Positions 12,662 to 31,249 of a DNA stretch of 64,000 nt are shown piece by piece. The stretch is taken from NCBI RefSeq assembly GCF_009914755.1, contig NC_060929.1; one strand, 5' to 3'. How positions within the stretch are numbered: the first letter of the stretch is position 1; every line of letters starts with the position of its first letter. The position numbers and the translations under genes were made by a program. The DNA comes from the human T2T-CHM13v2.0 reference genome, Homo sapiens. Under the pieces are notes generated by a model. The model was not told the origin of the DNA. It saw nothing but the letters and a program-made list of their open reading frames with translations, and did no database searches.

Positions 12662-13129
12662 AATACAAACACATTAATACACACACACACACAATTGGAA
12701 AAATCTCAACATCCATCCCCTTCTTTTTACACACCCCCATCCCACCTCCCACACCAGAGATTCCAGGGTGTGGCACTCCCCTTAGGAGCATTGTGCCTCC
12801 ACCCCTACCTTGAAAATCACAGCTACCAGCCAAAAGCACTTTGTCCAGATTTACTTTCTGTCATTTATGCTGTGGGTATAATTTTTTTGTTGTTTTTCTT
12901 AATGGATAACAATATGCATGTAATACATTATTTTTAATAAAATTAGATATTAAATTTAAATTATATAATCCTCCCCCCAAAATTCGGTCACATTTCTTTA
13001 GCCCCCTGTAAGGTACAACATCAACAATAAACACCTACCCTGCAACTTGGAGCTTGCAAACACCTAACCTGCAATTTACTAAGAGGGGAAGATGACGGCA
13101 AGCAAGGCTTTGTGTCACTCTTCCCATAG

Positions 13130-14217
<1,088 letters not shown>

Positions 14218-14318
14218 TCAATGCAACATTTTGGGACCATACTTATACTAAAAAATTATTCACTGTTTGTCTGAAATTCACATTTTACTAGCTGCCCTGC
14301 ATTTTATCTGGCAACCTT
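14218..14318. mobile_element. MER53-like hAT MITE, half element
   Basis: gggaccatacttatactaaaaaattattcactgtttgtctgaaattcac...ttttatctggcaacc matches the MER53 arm. Confidence 0.8.
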
Positions 14319-14384
14319 ACTTGAGGCCCACGGTCTCACATCTTGGGGACATGGGCCCAGGAGAGTGAGGCTGGCATGTGAAGA

Positions 14385-14625
14385 GGAGACAAGAGAGAAA
14401 ATACTTCAGTGGAGAGAGACAGAGAGGACACAAGGAAGACAGAGTGTCAGGGAGAGAGAGAGAGAAGGAGACAGCATAGAGAATGAGCGGGATTGAATAA
14501 AAGTGACGCCAAGAGAGAATGAGGGACAGAAAAAGAGAAAAACAAGAAAGAGTCATAGAATAAGACAGGGTCAGAGAGACAGAGAGAGAAATTGTGAGAG
14601 TCAGAGAAAGGTCGAGAGAGAGGCA
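14385..14625 (+). repeat. GA-rich low-complexity tract
   Basis: Degenerate (GA)n/(GAGACA)n purine tract. Confidence 0.7.
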
Positions 14626-15394
14626 CAGGGATACCAACAGGCCCCTCTGATAGTGTTCAAGTCCCATAGTTCAGTGACCCAGGCTCAGCTCCACCCCTGC
14701 TTTTTCTGTAGTTTGTTTACAGGCACCAATAGACTTCCCTTTTGCTTAAGAATAGTAGCCAACATCTCTTGAATTTTTGTGCATGCCAGGCTGGGGCCAG
14801 ATGCTTCGGGCGACTGTCTCCTTTATCCCGTCCCCTCACAATGCTTCTGTGTGATTCCCTCTGCAGAGGAAGAACTGAGGAACAGTTCTTTAAATAACAT
14901 GCCCAAGGTTACAGAGATGCTAGGCAGCAGAGGTGGGATTCAAACCCACGCAGTTAGTCGCCAGAGCGTTTGACTGCCACGTGGGGTCATTGTCAGTTGC
15001 AACGAAGGAGTTCCTGAGTGGCAGTTGGGTAGAGCCGATTCAGCAGAGAGGCTGGCTCACACTGGAATGGTGACCCCAGACCCTCAAGAGGCAGATTGGC
15101 ATGATGTTGGGAAAGTTCTTTATCTTCTCGGAGCCTCAACTTCCTCTTCTGTAAAATGGAGCTGATACTAACATTAGCTATGTCCTAGGGTTGATTGATA
15201 TGTAGGTTAAGTGACTGACTGAGATACACACACACACACAGCAGTTACATCAAGTAAGCATTTAAAAATACTCACAGACATTTTCATGATCTTCTGTTCA
15301 TCTCTGACACCCAGCACAGGATCTGGCATAAAGCCAGTGCTTAGGCTACCTTGATGGTTGATGATGAGACTGGAGAATATTAACGAGAATCCTA

Positions 15395-15585
15395 ATGATC
15401 ATTTATTCAACAGCTACTACATACCAGGCATTGTGCTAAGCACCTTACAGGTATCTTTCGGTCAATCTCCTGTCAATGTAGGTATTGTTATCCCCATTTT
15501 ACAGATGAGAAAACTGAGGTCCCATGAAATCAATTGACCAGAAAGGCCACAGAGAGAAATCCAGAGCTAAGATCTCAACCCCAGT
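15395..15585 (-). mobile_element. MIR
   Basis: ccaggcattgtgctaagcacc...tatccccattttacagatgagaaaactgaggtc. Confidence 0.75.
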
Positions 15586-15681
15586 CCATAAGGAAAGGAC
15601 ACCAGCTCAGTGACTGTGTCTGCTTTAATGCAGCGGGGAAGTGGATGGATTGCACTGAGATGTTTTCCTGTGGACTGAGGT

Positions 15682-15700
15682 TTTCTCTTTTTTTCTTTCT

Positions 15701-15741
<41 letters not shown>

Positions 15742-16015
15742 TGATAGAGTTTCACTCTATTGCCCAGGCTGGAGTACAGTGGCATGATCTACACTACATG
15801 ATCTCACTACAACCTCGAACTCCTGGGCTCAGAGATTCTCCTACTTCAGCCTCCCAAGTAGCTAGGACTACAGAGGTGCCACCACACCCAGCTAATTTTT
15901 TACTTTTTGTAGAGAAGGGGTCTCGCTTTGCTGCCCAGGTTGGTCTTGAACTTCTGGCCTCAAAAGATGCCCTCGCCTCCGCTGGGATTACAGGCATGAG
16001 CCACTACTGCTGGCC
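15682..16015 (-). mobile_element. Alu (AluJ-like) with (TG)n microsatellite in its tail
   Basis: (GT)~18 at ~15703-15738 followed by the reverse Alu body. Confidence 0.88.
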
Positions 16016-16349
16016 TGGGCTGAGTTTTGACAGTTTACCATTCTCTTCATGTCCCTTACAGATGCCCTGTGTGCACACTTTTTAATGCACTGTCATCTCA
16101 CTAGATGGCTGTTACGAGTCCCATCCTATGACGGAGGCCCAGAGACTGAGGGACTTGCCAAGGGCTACACGGGAATTAAGAAAAGAGCAGGTTCTGAACT
16201 CAGCTTCGTCTGACTGGAAGTCTAGTCTGTCCACTGTACCCAACTGTCTGAACTACAGGGAGCCCCAGCAGAGCATGACATCCCTCAGATCTCCCGAAAG
16301 CACTCACGTTTCATCATGCCCACTGCCAACGAACGCCCCACATTGGGGT

Positions 16350-17040
16350 CCCTGAGTGTGCATCTCTTATCCTACAATAGCCTCTCGAGGCATCTCCAGC
16401 CCAGTTCCTCCTGCCTTCCCTCTTTTCTTCGAAAGGTCACCACCAGGGCCAGCTTTCAGAAGCACAGATTTCACTGTGTCACTCCTTCCAAGGCTTTATG
16501 GTCCGACCTCTGTTTATTAGTCCCCTCCCACCCCGACTTGAACTCTCTGCCCTGGCTGAGCTGAAGTTTCTCTATTGCTCTCTCTGACACGTGCTCTTTC
16601 ATCTTCCCCACTCTCCTTCACCCCTGCTAAACTATCCTTCAAATCTCAGTGACATGTCGCTTCCTCCAGGAAGTCCTCTTTGCTTGGTTCAGGTGCTCTT
16701 TCTGTATAGCCTTCTACTCAGGTCCTTCTCCCTCTCTGTTGAGGTTGCTGTTTTACTGTTTTACTTGAGGGTCTCTCCCACTGAGTCAGCTTCATAAAGG
16801 CAGAGTCCATGTCTGTCTTGTTCACACTTCATCCCCAGAGCCTGGCACCATGTCTACTACGTGGTTGGTACTCAGTGAAAAGCTGTTGAATAAATGGACA
16901 AGTACACAAATGAGGATTCCATTATTATTATTATTATTATTATTTACATTCAGCATCAAGCTCAGTTTGCTGGTACATAGTAGGCTCCCAGAGACATACA
17001 CTGAGTGGATGACAGAGGAATGAACAAATGAATTAAAAAC
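16350..17040 (+). mobile_element. L2 3' end
   Basis: gtcagcttcataaaggcagagtccatgtctgtcttgttcac...ccccagagcctggcac...gttgaataaatg. Confidence 0.7.
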
Positions 17041-18029
17041 ATGGCTCAACCTCCACACCCCAGCACCATTTGCTCACTTCTTAGCTTGCAGGCCTCTCTC
17101 AACTGCAGCATCTCTTGCAGAATAAAAGGGATTGCAACTCCTTGTTTGAATGCTGTGGGGTTTTGAGTAGAAAGAAATACTCCTCCTTTGACAAGAAGAA
17201 TTTCAGGCGAAAGAGGCTTTTCTTGCTGGTGAAGGAAGGAGAGAGAGTTGGGGCCTCAGCCCCATTTCTGGATGGCCTCAATTGGCCCTGAACTGACTAA
17301 TAAAGTGTGAAATTGACTTTATCCTCCACCACATCTCCCCAGCCAAAGTATCCCTGTAGCATCTCCCTCTGCTACAACTGATGCAGCACTGTCGCCATCC
17401 CCTCCGTCACTGACAGGCAGGCAGGTCATTACCACCCACGCAGCCCCAGGGCCCAGCAGCTCTGCAGAGCCCAGGAAGTCATTTGGCCTCAGGCCAAGAC
17501 AGGCTTTCAAAGCCAGAAGCATCTGACAGACGTGGCATGTCTGATGCACCTTCTAAGCCCGCCACCGGCTCTTTTTGTCCCTATTTACTCCTCTGGCACT
17601 GGCTCACTGACTTCTAAGACGCGGGTGGGGGCTGCGGTGGGTGACAGCATTGAGTGAGCTCTTTGAGCCTCATCCTGGCCAGTTGCACCAAATGCAGGGT
17701 TGAAGAATCAGAGCCAAAGGGGTTTGAGAAAGCAATGCAATCAGAGAATTGGAGCTTTGCAAAGGTAGCAGCTCAGGGAGCCCCTGAGGTGTCTTAAGGG
17801 CTACTTGGGAGATGATAGGAGGCCCCCAAGGCCCTCTTTCTACCAGGACAGGGTCATTTTTTTTAGCCTATTTTGTTTATTCCCTAGTTTAAGATTTCCT
17901 AGGAGGAAGGAGAGTCTACAGCCCCAATGAGGCCTAAAACCAGTGATCTATCCAGCAGTCATTCCCAACCTTGCCTGGGAATCAAAATTAACTGCATGAC
18001 TTGGTGAGAAACGCAGATGCTGAGCCCTG

Positions 18030-18615
18030 TAGCATTTTTATCTGCTCAGAACCTATTTCCTCTTCCCCCAAGGATAGATTCCATGTTCTCTTGAGAGCCA
18101 TACCTACCCCACACATCAACCGTGTGGTGTGAGTGAACACCCTGCTTGGTCCCTTGAAACTCCAGGCACAAGCATTTTCCTAGGCCTGGCCAGTCACAGA
18201 CAGAGTGATCCGTCCAGAGGCTGGAGTGGCAGCCCCCAGAATTGTGTCAAGGCTGTAAAGGAAGAGAGGTTCTCTTTTCTCGGAGACTTTAGGCTTTTGG
18301 CTGGTGGCTGTCATCTTGGAACTGGTGGCTAAGAATGAAGCCAACAAAGAGGCAAACCATGACAAAGGATGAAAGAGAGGGAGAGAGAGTAAGAGAGAAA
18401 CAGAGAGACACTGAAAGAAACAGAGGCAGACAGACACATCTGGTGTCATGTTATGAGCACCTGGATTCAGCCATGCCTGAAGTTTATACACCTGGTTTAT
18501 TCAGGTACATGAGCCAATAAATTTATTTTTGCTTTGTTTTATTTTTTGCCTCACCCAGTTTTACTTGACATGTGTTTCTGCTACTTGCCACTGTAAGAGC
18601 CCTGACTAATACACA
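18030..18615 (+). mobile_element. MLT1-type MaLR LTR nested in a MER5 element
   Basis: gagcacctggattcagccatgcctgaag...catgagccaataaattt...ctgactaataca; MER5-like flanks at 17950-18030 and 18615-18760. Confidence 0.7.
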
Positions 18616-18870
18616 GAACCTTTCTCAGATCTATTTAATTGTGATCTCCATGGATGGAGTCTGAGAATCTGTATTTCTCAAAAAGCTTCTCAGGAAATGC
18701 TGATAAAGGTTCACCCCTTCATCAGTCATTGTTTGGGCATCATTGAGATCCTGGTCTAATGAAGCACAGACAAAAGTGATCCTTCTGTAAATGGCCATTA
18801 TGATAAAAGTGATCTTTCTGTAAATGGCCATTATGATACTGTAATTGCAGGTTAGATACCCTACACACGG

Positions 18871-19287
18871 TGATATGGTTTGAATCTGTGTCTCTGCCCA
18901 AATCTCATGTTGAATTGTAATCCCTAGTGCTGGAGGTGGGAGCTGGTGGGAGGTGACTGGATCATGGGAGTGGTTTCTCATGAAATGTTTAGCACCACCG
19001 TCCCCTGATGCTGTCCTTACGATAGTGAGTTCTTGTGAGATCTGTTTGTTTAAAAGTGCATAGGACCTCCCTCCTTGCTCTCCTCCTCCTGCTCCAACCC
19101 TGTAAAATGCGCCTACTTCTCCTTTGCCTTCTGCCGTAATTGTAAGTTTCCTGAGGCCTCCCCAGAAGCAGAAGTCGCTATGCTTCTTGTACAGTCTGCA
19201 GAACCATGAGCCAATAAAACCTAATTTCTTTATAAATTACCCAGTCTCAGGTATTTCTTTATAGCAATACCAGAACAGACTAATACA
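18871..19287 (+). mobile_element. MST (MSTA/B) MaLR solo LTR
   Basis: tgatatggtttgaatctgtgtc...ccaaatctcatgttgaattgtaatcc...gactaataca; 5-bp TSD cacgg/catgg. Confidence 0.9.
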
Positions 19288-19394
19288 CATGGACTCAATC
19301 CTCACAGCAGCCTGATGAAGTACAGGTTATTCTTCCCGTTTTACAGATGGAGAAACTGAGGCTTAGCAAGAAGAATGGATGTGTTCAAGGGCAC

Positions 19395-19749
19395 TGTATT
19401 AGTCCATTTTCATGCTGCTGATAAAGACATACCTGAGACTGGGCAATTTACAAAAGAAAGAGGTTTAATTGGACTTACAGTTCCACATGGCTGAGGAAGT
19501 CTCACAATCATGGTGGAAGGCAAGGAGGAGCAAGTCACATCTTACGTGGATGGCAGCAGGCAAAAAGAGAGCTTGTGCAGAAAAACTCCTGTTTTTGAAA
19601 CTGTCAGATCTCATGAGACTTATTCACTATCACAAGAACAGCATGGGAAAGACCTGCCCCCATGATTCAATTACCTCCCACTGGGTCCCTCCCCTAACAC
19701 ATGGGAATTTAAGATGAGATTTTGGAGGGGACACAGCCAAATCATATCA
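19395..19749 (-). mobile_element. THE1 (THE1B/C) MaLR solo LTR
   Basis: tgtattagtccattttcatgctgctgataaagacatacc...acagccaaatcatatca; perfect 5-bp TSD ggcac/ggcac. Confidence 0.92.
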
Positions 19750-19835
19750 GGCACATAGCTAGTAAGTGATGGATCTATGTTATAAGACTCTGAAGCTCAT
19801 CCTCTTGCCACCATTCTATACCTCCTTCTTAATTA

Positions 19836-24178
<4,343 letters not shown>

Positions 24179-24239
24179 AGCTGGTATTGAAAATGTCATC
24201 TCTCTTCCGGGACTCTCAATCAATGAGTCTGTCTGAGTC

Positions 24240-24920
24240 ACTTAGTGCTATGGCTACGAGTTAGAGAGGACCCCAGTGCTACTGGCCAAAACAATAAGAG
24301 AAAATTTCTTATACTACACTCATAAATCCCAAAGTAGGATGGCCCAGGGTTAGTTAATTCACTGGCCCAATGCCATAGTCAAGGGCTCAGGTTCTTTCCA
24401 TTTCTCTGCTCTGCCCTTCTCAGGTGTCAACTGGCTCTCAGGCTGACTCTCTTTTTGGTTACACATTGCTGCTGCAGTTCCAGACATGACCCCCAAATCT
24501 TATGGGGTCTCCTCCCCTGCCTCCTGAGGCATGTGACTTAGGCCTGTTCAATTATTGTGTTCAATGTCTCTTGCCATGGGACTTGATCTGAGATAGACAA
24601 TAGCCCCAATCTGTTCCATGAGAGTCAGTTCCTAGGTCTTGGGCTCATAGTCTTGTGGGAGAGAAGTTTTATTTCCACTAGCTGCCAGATTTGAATCTGG
24701 AGTTTTCAGCAATTATTTTGTAGCTTCCTGGGGGGATATTGGTCTGAGAATGAAATTAACACAAGTGATAGAGATAGAGAAATCCTAAGCTGCTGGATCC
24801 AACTGGGTCTGAGGCTAGAAAATCCTGTATATTTCAGTCACATGAGCCAATCCCATTCTTGGTCAACCCAGTGGACATTGGCATTCTGCCCCTTTGCAAC
24901 CCAAAGGTAACTAATATAGC
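24240..24920. mobile_element. MLT1-type MaLR LTR fragments
   Basis: ggctcaggttctttccatttctctgctctgccc...gctgcagttccagac; tttcagtcacatgagccaatc...aactaatata. Confidence 0.6.
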
Positions 24921-25469
24921 ATGTGTTTTTGAAAAAGCTAAACAGGTCTCCTTTGGCTGAGACAAGTATATGTAAAGGGGAGTAATGGGAGGTGAGATTG
25001 GGAAATTAGGCTGGAGCCACATCGTGAGGAGCCTGGACAAGTCTAAGGTGGGCCCCCCCAGTCTCTGAGACCACTGAAGGATCATGGATCTCCTGAGACC
25101 GGGTGATTACAGGAGTTTCCAAATGGGCTAAACTCTGCCTCTAGGGATCAGGTTAATGTTTTTGTAGCTGCTGATAAAGTAGAATTTTTGACTTGAAGTA
25201 AGACCCATTCTCTAGGCATACATTGTCCAGGGGAGAGTTGGGTGAGTTCTACATAGATATTTGGAAGACAGGAGCTGCTGGCATTTATTAACTGCTCCTA
25301 AGGGTCACAGATGGTGAGGGTGGGGAAAAACCCAATGCAACCAATGAGAAGGTCTGGAGATGCCATCAAGCGTGTCCACATCCCTCAAGTTGCTCAGGGT
25401 AGGCCATGGGCTAGCTAGAGAAAAGGGAAAGACATCACCTCCCTCTTTCCACAAGACCTACTTCTGTTA

Positions 25470-26075
25470 ACGCAGCCTGAGATTGCATTCACTTTGGTGG
25501 CAGCACATCATGCACTTTTTTTTGGCCACCATTGACTGGACATGAGTTGCATTTAAATGAATGTCACAAATGCTGCCACTAAGTCATGTCTCCCCAGTCC
25601 CCTCAAGTCTCACCTTGAGAGAACTGCCTCCACCTTCAACTCCTTTTCAAGACTCTGTAAGTCAAAAATTAGCTCTCATTCTTTTCTCTTTAATAGCAGC
25701 AAAACAAAAACAACAAACAAACCCAAAACAAAACAGAAAAGCAAACTACATATTAACATACTTGGGTTAACCCCTCCAAATCATGCTCTAGTGTAGTCAG
25801 TGGATTTGTTCAAATCATCCTCTAGTATAGTCAGTGCATTCGTTCAAATCATCCTCTAGTATAGTCAGTGCATTTGTTCTTGACAGAGCCTCTAGGAATC
25901 CAGTTCTGTCCTCCCTCATTTACTCTCCTCCACCTGCATCCTCAGGGCCTTCCTCTATCTCACAACTGAGGTCTTCCTGCAAGTGTCTGACAAAAGAAAA
26001 TGTTGCCCGGAACAGTACCAGAGACAAAGCCACTATTCCTTCTGGTTTTCTTCCAACCAAATCCAAATCAACAGA
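25470..26075 (-). mobile_element. L3/CR1 LINE remnants
   Basis: ttggtggcagcacatcatgcac...gactggacatgagttgc; aaaatgttgcccggaacagtaccagagacaaagcc resemble antisense CR1 RT-region text. Confidence 0.5.
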
Positions 26076-26332
26076 TACATGCTTAATTCTTCATATACTC
26101 CATATACATGATCTCATCTATGTATTTACTTTCTGTGTGCAGACATTGGTCCGGTGCTTTACGAATGTTAACTCATTTAGTCCTCAAAACAACTCAGTAA
26201 GAGTTGTTATCCTCATTTGACAGAAGAAGACATTGAGGCACATATAGATTACATGGCCTTCCCAATGTCACAAAATTAGTAAGTGACAGAATGGTAACTT
26301 GAACCCAAGTAGTCTGCATTCTTAAACCTGTG

Positions 26333-26660
26333 CCAAGGGTTGGTAAACTTTTTCTGTAAAGGGCCAGTTACTATTTTAGACATTAAGTGTCATGAACAAT
26401 TGATCACAACTCAGTCGCTGTAGTGCAAAGCAGCCATAGATAATACATAAGTGAATAGGTGTGACTGTATGCAATAATGCTGTATTTATGGCCACTGAAA
26501 TCTGAAATTCGTATCATCTTCAGTGTCATAAAACTGTACCCTTCTTTTGATTTTCCCCCCAACTATTAAAAAATATAGAGTCCATTTTTAGTTCACAGGT
26601 CATATGAAAACAGGTGGCAGCCGGATTTGGCCTGCAGGCTCTACTTTGCTCACTCTGCTT
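26333..26660 (+). mobile_element. MER58-like hAT-Charlie MITE
   Basis: caagggttggtaaactttttctgtaaagggccag...gccggatttggcctgcaggctctactttgctcactctg. Confidence 0.8.
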
Positions 26661-27328
26661 TGTGCTGTGCGACTGCCCTCACCTGCTCCTTATAGCTCAC
26701 CTCCTTATTATCTCCATCTCCAGATAAAGACGTGAAATTTCAAGAGGCTATGACTTACCCAAGGTTACCTAATGAGCAGGTTGGGGAGTTGGGATTTGCA
26801 ACCAGGTTTGTCTTGTCTCCTGCAGGGGCAGGAGTGCTGGTGCAGGGGGGCAGGAAGCAGGGCTGAGCTGGGGGTTTCAGCACAGCCTAACTCGGCCTGA
26901 AGCCAACAGTCCACCAAGAGCTGGCAGAACCTCCCCTCCCTTCCCCTATCCTCCCCCTGCCCCCTGCAACCCCGAGAACTGAGTGCAGTAACCAGGGGCC
27001 TCTCTGCTCTGTTCTGCCACCATGGTCCCATTGTCACACCCTCCTGGGATTTGTAAGCAGCTGAAACGCTCTGCTTTCCAAGTCTGGAATCAGAGCCCCA
27101 GAAAAACCCAGAGGCCATCTTGACTTGGTCCATTCTTGCCAACCACAGCCATTAAGGAAGGGAAGACCTGGTTTAAAAGGGCCCTGAGCTGCCACCCGTG
27201 AAACACTTCAGCTCTGGTCCAGCCAAGTCTGGGAAAAGGTTGGGGAAAAGTGAGGGAGGGGAAGAGACAGAGAAACAGAAGGGGAGAGAGGAGAGAGAGA
27301 ATAAGCAGAAGAGACGGTGACAAAGAGG

Positions 27329-28324
27329 CCACACACACCACACGCACACCACACACACCACACACCACACACACGCCACACACCACACACACACCACACA
27401 CACACCACACACCACACACACCACACACCTCACACACACACACCACACCACACACACCACACACCACACACACACACCACACGCACACCACACACACCAC
27501 GCACACCACACACACCACACACACCACACACCACACCACACACACACCACACACCGCACACACACACTGCACACACACACCTGCACACACACCACACACA
27601 TACCACACACACCACACACCACACACACACCACACACCACACACACACCTCACACACACACCACACACACCACACACACACCTCACACACACCACACACA
27701 CCTCACACACACCACACACACCACACACACACCTCACACACACACCACACACACACCACACACACCTCACACACACCGCACACACCTCACACACACCACA
27801 CACACACCACACACACACCTCACACACACACCACACACACACACCACACACACACACAAACCACACACCACACACACACCACACACACACCACACACACC
27901 ACACACCCCACACACACCAACCACACACACCCCCCACACACACACCACACACACCACACATGCACACCACCACACACCACACCACACACCACACACACAC
28001 CACACACACCACACACACCCCACACACACACCACACACACCACACACACCACACACCACGCCACACACACCCCCCCACACACACCACACACACCACACAT
28101 ACACACCACACCACACACCACACACACCACACACCACACACACACCACACACACCCCACACACACCACACACCACACACACACATCCCACACACTCCACA
28201 CACACACCATACTCCCATACACACACACCACACCCCACACACACACCACACATGCACACCACACCACACACACACACACCACACCACACACACACACACC
28301 ACACCACACACACACCACACACCC
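27329..28324 (+). repeat. ~1 kb compound CA-rich tandem repeat (CACACAC/CCACA units)
   Basis: Continuous degenerate (CA)n broken by CCA; source of the His/Thr/Pro and Cys/Val pseudo-ORFs. Confidence 0.97.
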
Positions 28325-28984
28325 AGAAAGAGATCCTTTAAGAGCTGTTTTTTTCTGGCCCGGAACCGTATTTCATTCTCCAACTCTGCAGACACAGAAA
28401 AGGCATTATTGCAGTAAAAAGTCTCCCCACATTATTTATTGTTAATACTTACCTACTTTGTCCTCTCTAGGTTTTTACAGCCTTAACTTCATTCAAAGCA
28501 GGCCCCTGGTGTGGGCAATGCAGAGGTTCTTTGCCTGAGGAGGGATGAGGAGCTCAGAGAGCTCCAGCAACTTGCTCAAGATTGCGCAGCAGGTTAATGG
28601 CCAAGTTGGGACCAAGGATCAAGACTACCGACTTCCAGTGCAGTGGGAGTCTCCTACAAACCATGTCCAGGATCAAAGCAGACGCTGAAGGGCAGAGGTT
28701 TTGTTTACCCTCTTCCCTTCAATTACTGAGTCCCTAAACTCCCTCTTTAATAAGGAAGTAACAGTGACCTAGTATATTTGAACTTGAGCAAGGCAGTGGA
28801 CAAGCAGGTGCATGATATTCCCATGGTCAAGCATGATGGAAAACTGTGAGATGGATTCAAGGGCCGTCAGTAGAAGACTGGCACCCAAACAATTTTGGTG
28901 AATCGGTTTCCACATAGAAGGATGCTTTGCCCCATGATTTTTTATTCCTAAAATTTAATGACTTGAGCGTCTCTCCCACCTCTT

Positions 28985-29145
28985 CTTTATTTTAATTATT
29001 ATTATTTATTTATTAGAGATGTGAGGCTTACTATGTTGCCCAGGTTCATCTTGAACTCCTGGCCTCAAGTGGTCCTCCCGCCTCAGCCTCCCACCACAGC
29101 CTCCTGAGTTGGTGGGATTACAGGCTTGACCTGCCACATCTGGCC
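28985..29145 (-). mobile_element. Alu left monomer (FLAM/AluJ)
   Basis: ctatgttgcccaggttcatcttgaactcctggcctcaag...tggcc. Confidence 0.8.
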
Positions 29146-30158
29146 CACCTTTTCTGAAAACGACTCTCTTCCCTAGTTGAGACCCTCCCTCTTAGGTTGT
29201 CTAGGATAGTTACTTACTTAGTCCAAAGGGGCACTGCTAGTTCCCATATCCTGAAGGACAAAAACCTAGGAAGCCTCATTAGGTGCCCTGCAGTTTCTGG
29301 CACTGCCACATGAGGGCACTGTTGAAAAGAAGCTACTCTGTTGCCTAGAGGCAGTCCCCTGAGACCATGTCTGTAAGCGCCTGGAAGATAACACCTGCAG
29401 GCCCAGGCCCAGGTGCAGTCTATACTCCCCACTATAGAAACCCGCTTTATTGATCCAGGCATGCTCCATTTGGCTGGTTCTCCATTTGTTACTCCGGGGG
29501 CTTTGGGAAAGGGAAAAGACATCTCCCACATAGCTATGGTCACTCCATTACACACTGAACATCTAGTGTTACAGCTCTTTTATTTATATACACGCTCAAA
29601 CACAATTGTTTACACATTTACCAACAGTGCGCTAGGGTAGCTAGGTTGGGACCAGTTTCCAGGCTCAGTTACAAACTCTTCCTAGAAGCAGCAGCCTCCC
29701 AAGCTCTTGCTCTTTCTAGGCTGCACTAGTGGGCAGTTCTTGGTTTGGGACTGTACAGGACCGTTCCTCCTCCAGTAAACACCCCAGTTCCATTAAGGGA
29801 AAGTGTCTCCTCTCCCCACTGCCTTGGGAAAGGGGTCATTCTTGGCTCCTGCCTCCCACCGCTAGCCTCCTCCAATTGAAGGCAAAGGAGTCAGATCCTT
29901 CCTCTCCTCACCTTCTGGGCAAATCAGTGGGAAATGCATTATTTAAGATGCTATTTCCCAGGACTTTGACTATGCAAGGAGAGGGGAATGGTTTCTGGCC
30001 ATTGTCTTTGTAGCAATAGCAGTTGTGGAGGGGCCATTTACAGCATCCTGACCTATGTCCCTGTTCAAGGCAGTGACTGCTTTTCCTGCTTCCTGCTTCT
30101 TGGCCCTTCAGAGTTTCCTTAATTTCTGCTAACCTGCGTCTGCTCTTCTAGTCTTTCA

Positions 30159-30608
<450 letters not shown>

Positions 30609-31249
30609 TCATTCTTCAGGAGGGTAGTTTGGGTCCCTTGCCCAAGGCAAATCTACACAGAGAGAGAGAGAGAGGGAATATGCAAAACTCCAAAATGTTA
30701 GCAGTGTTAGCCAGGGTGCTGAGATTATTGGAGTGTTTCATTTTCCCTTTTTGTTCATCTGTGTCCCTTGAAAATTTTTTTTGCCATGTCTATACACTCC
30801 ATTGATGATTAAGAGTAACAACATATATGAGTGTGTTTCTTTAATTGTAATTAGAGAAACTGAGGCATTGAGAAAAGGTCAATAAGACCCTTTTTCATGC
30901 TAAAGAAGTGAGCCCCTGTCCCTGCAGGGACTGTCCTTGAGAAGGAGACTTGACTGGTATTCTGGCACTGCCTCTGCTGTTATCACCCCTCTGGTATGGG
31001 TGTATTTATTGACAGAGCCAGGGCTGATATCACAGTTGGCTTTGTTGTATGCATGACTCCAGGCAAGTCCTTGCCTCTCTTGGGCCCTGGGTCTTCCCAT
31101 ATAAACAAGGAGGGGATGGGACTAAGTGACCTTTCAGAGTTCTGCTGCTCAGTTCTGGGGCCTTGTTGAAGGTCATTGCCTGATGGAAGCAGCATCCAGG
31201 GGAGAAGCTGGAATCGCAGTCTCTGGGTGAAAAGGCGCTGGAGATGTCC

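Noticed and set aside
15534-16085. 183-aa ORF
   Set aside because: Runs through a (TG)n tract and an antisense Alu.
16098-16112. CTCF-like TCACTAGATGGCTG
   Set aside because: Mismatches at both ends of the core and located in a MIR remnant; too weak to call.
27090-28445. Long ORFs of 160-410 aa (His/Thr/Pro-rich or Cys/Val-rich)
   Set aside because: Translations of the CA/TG repeat; open in many frames only because the repeat lacks stop codons.
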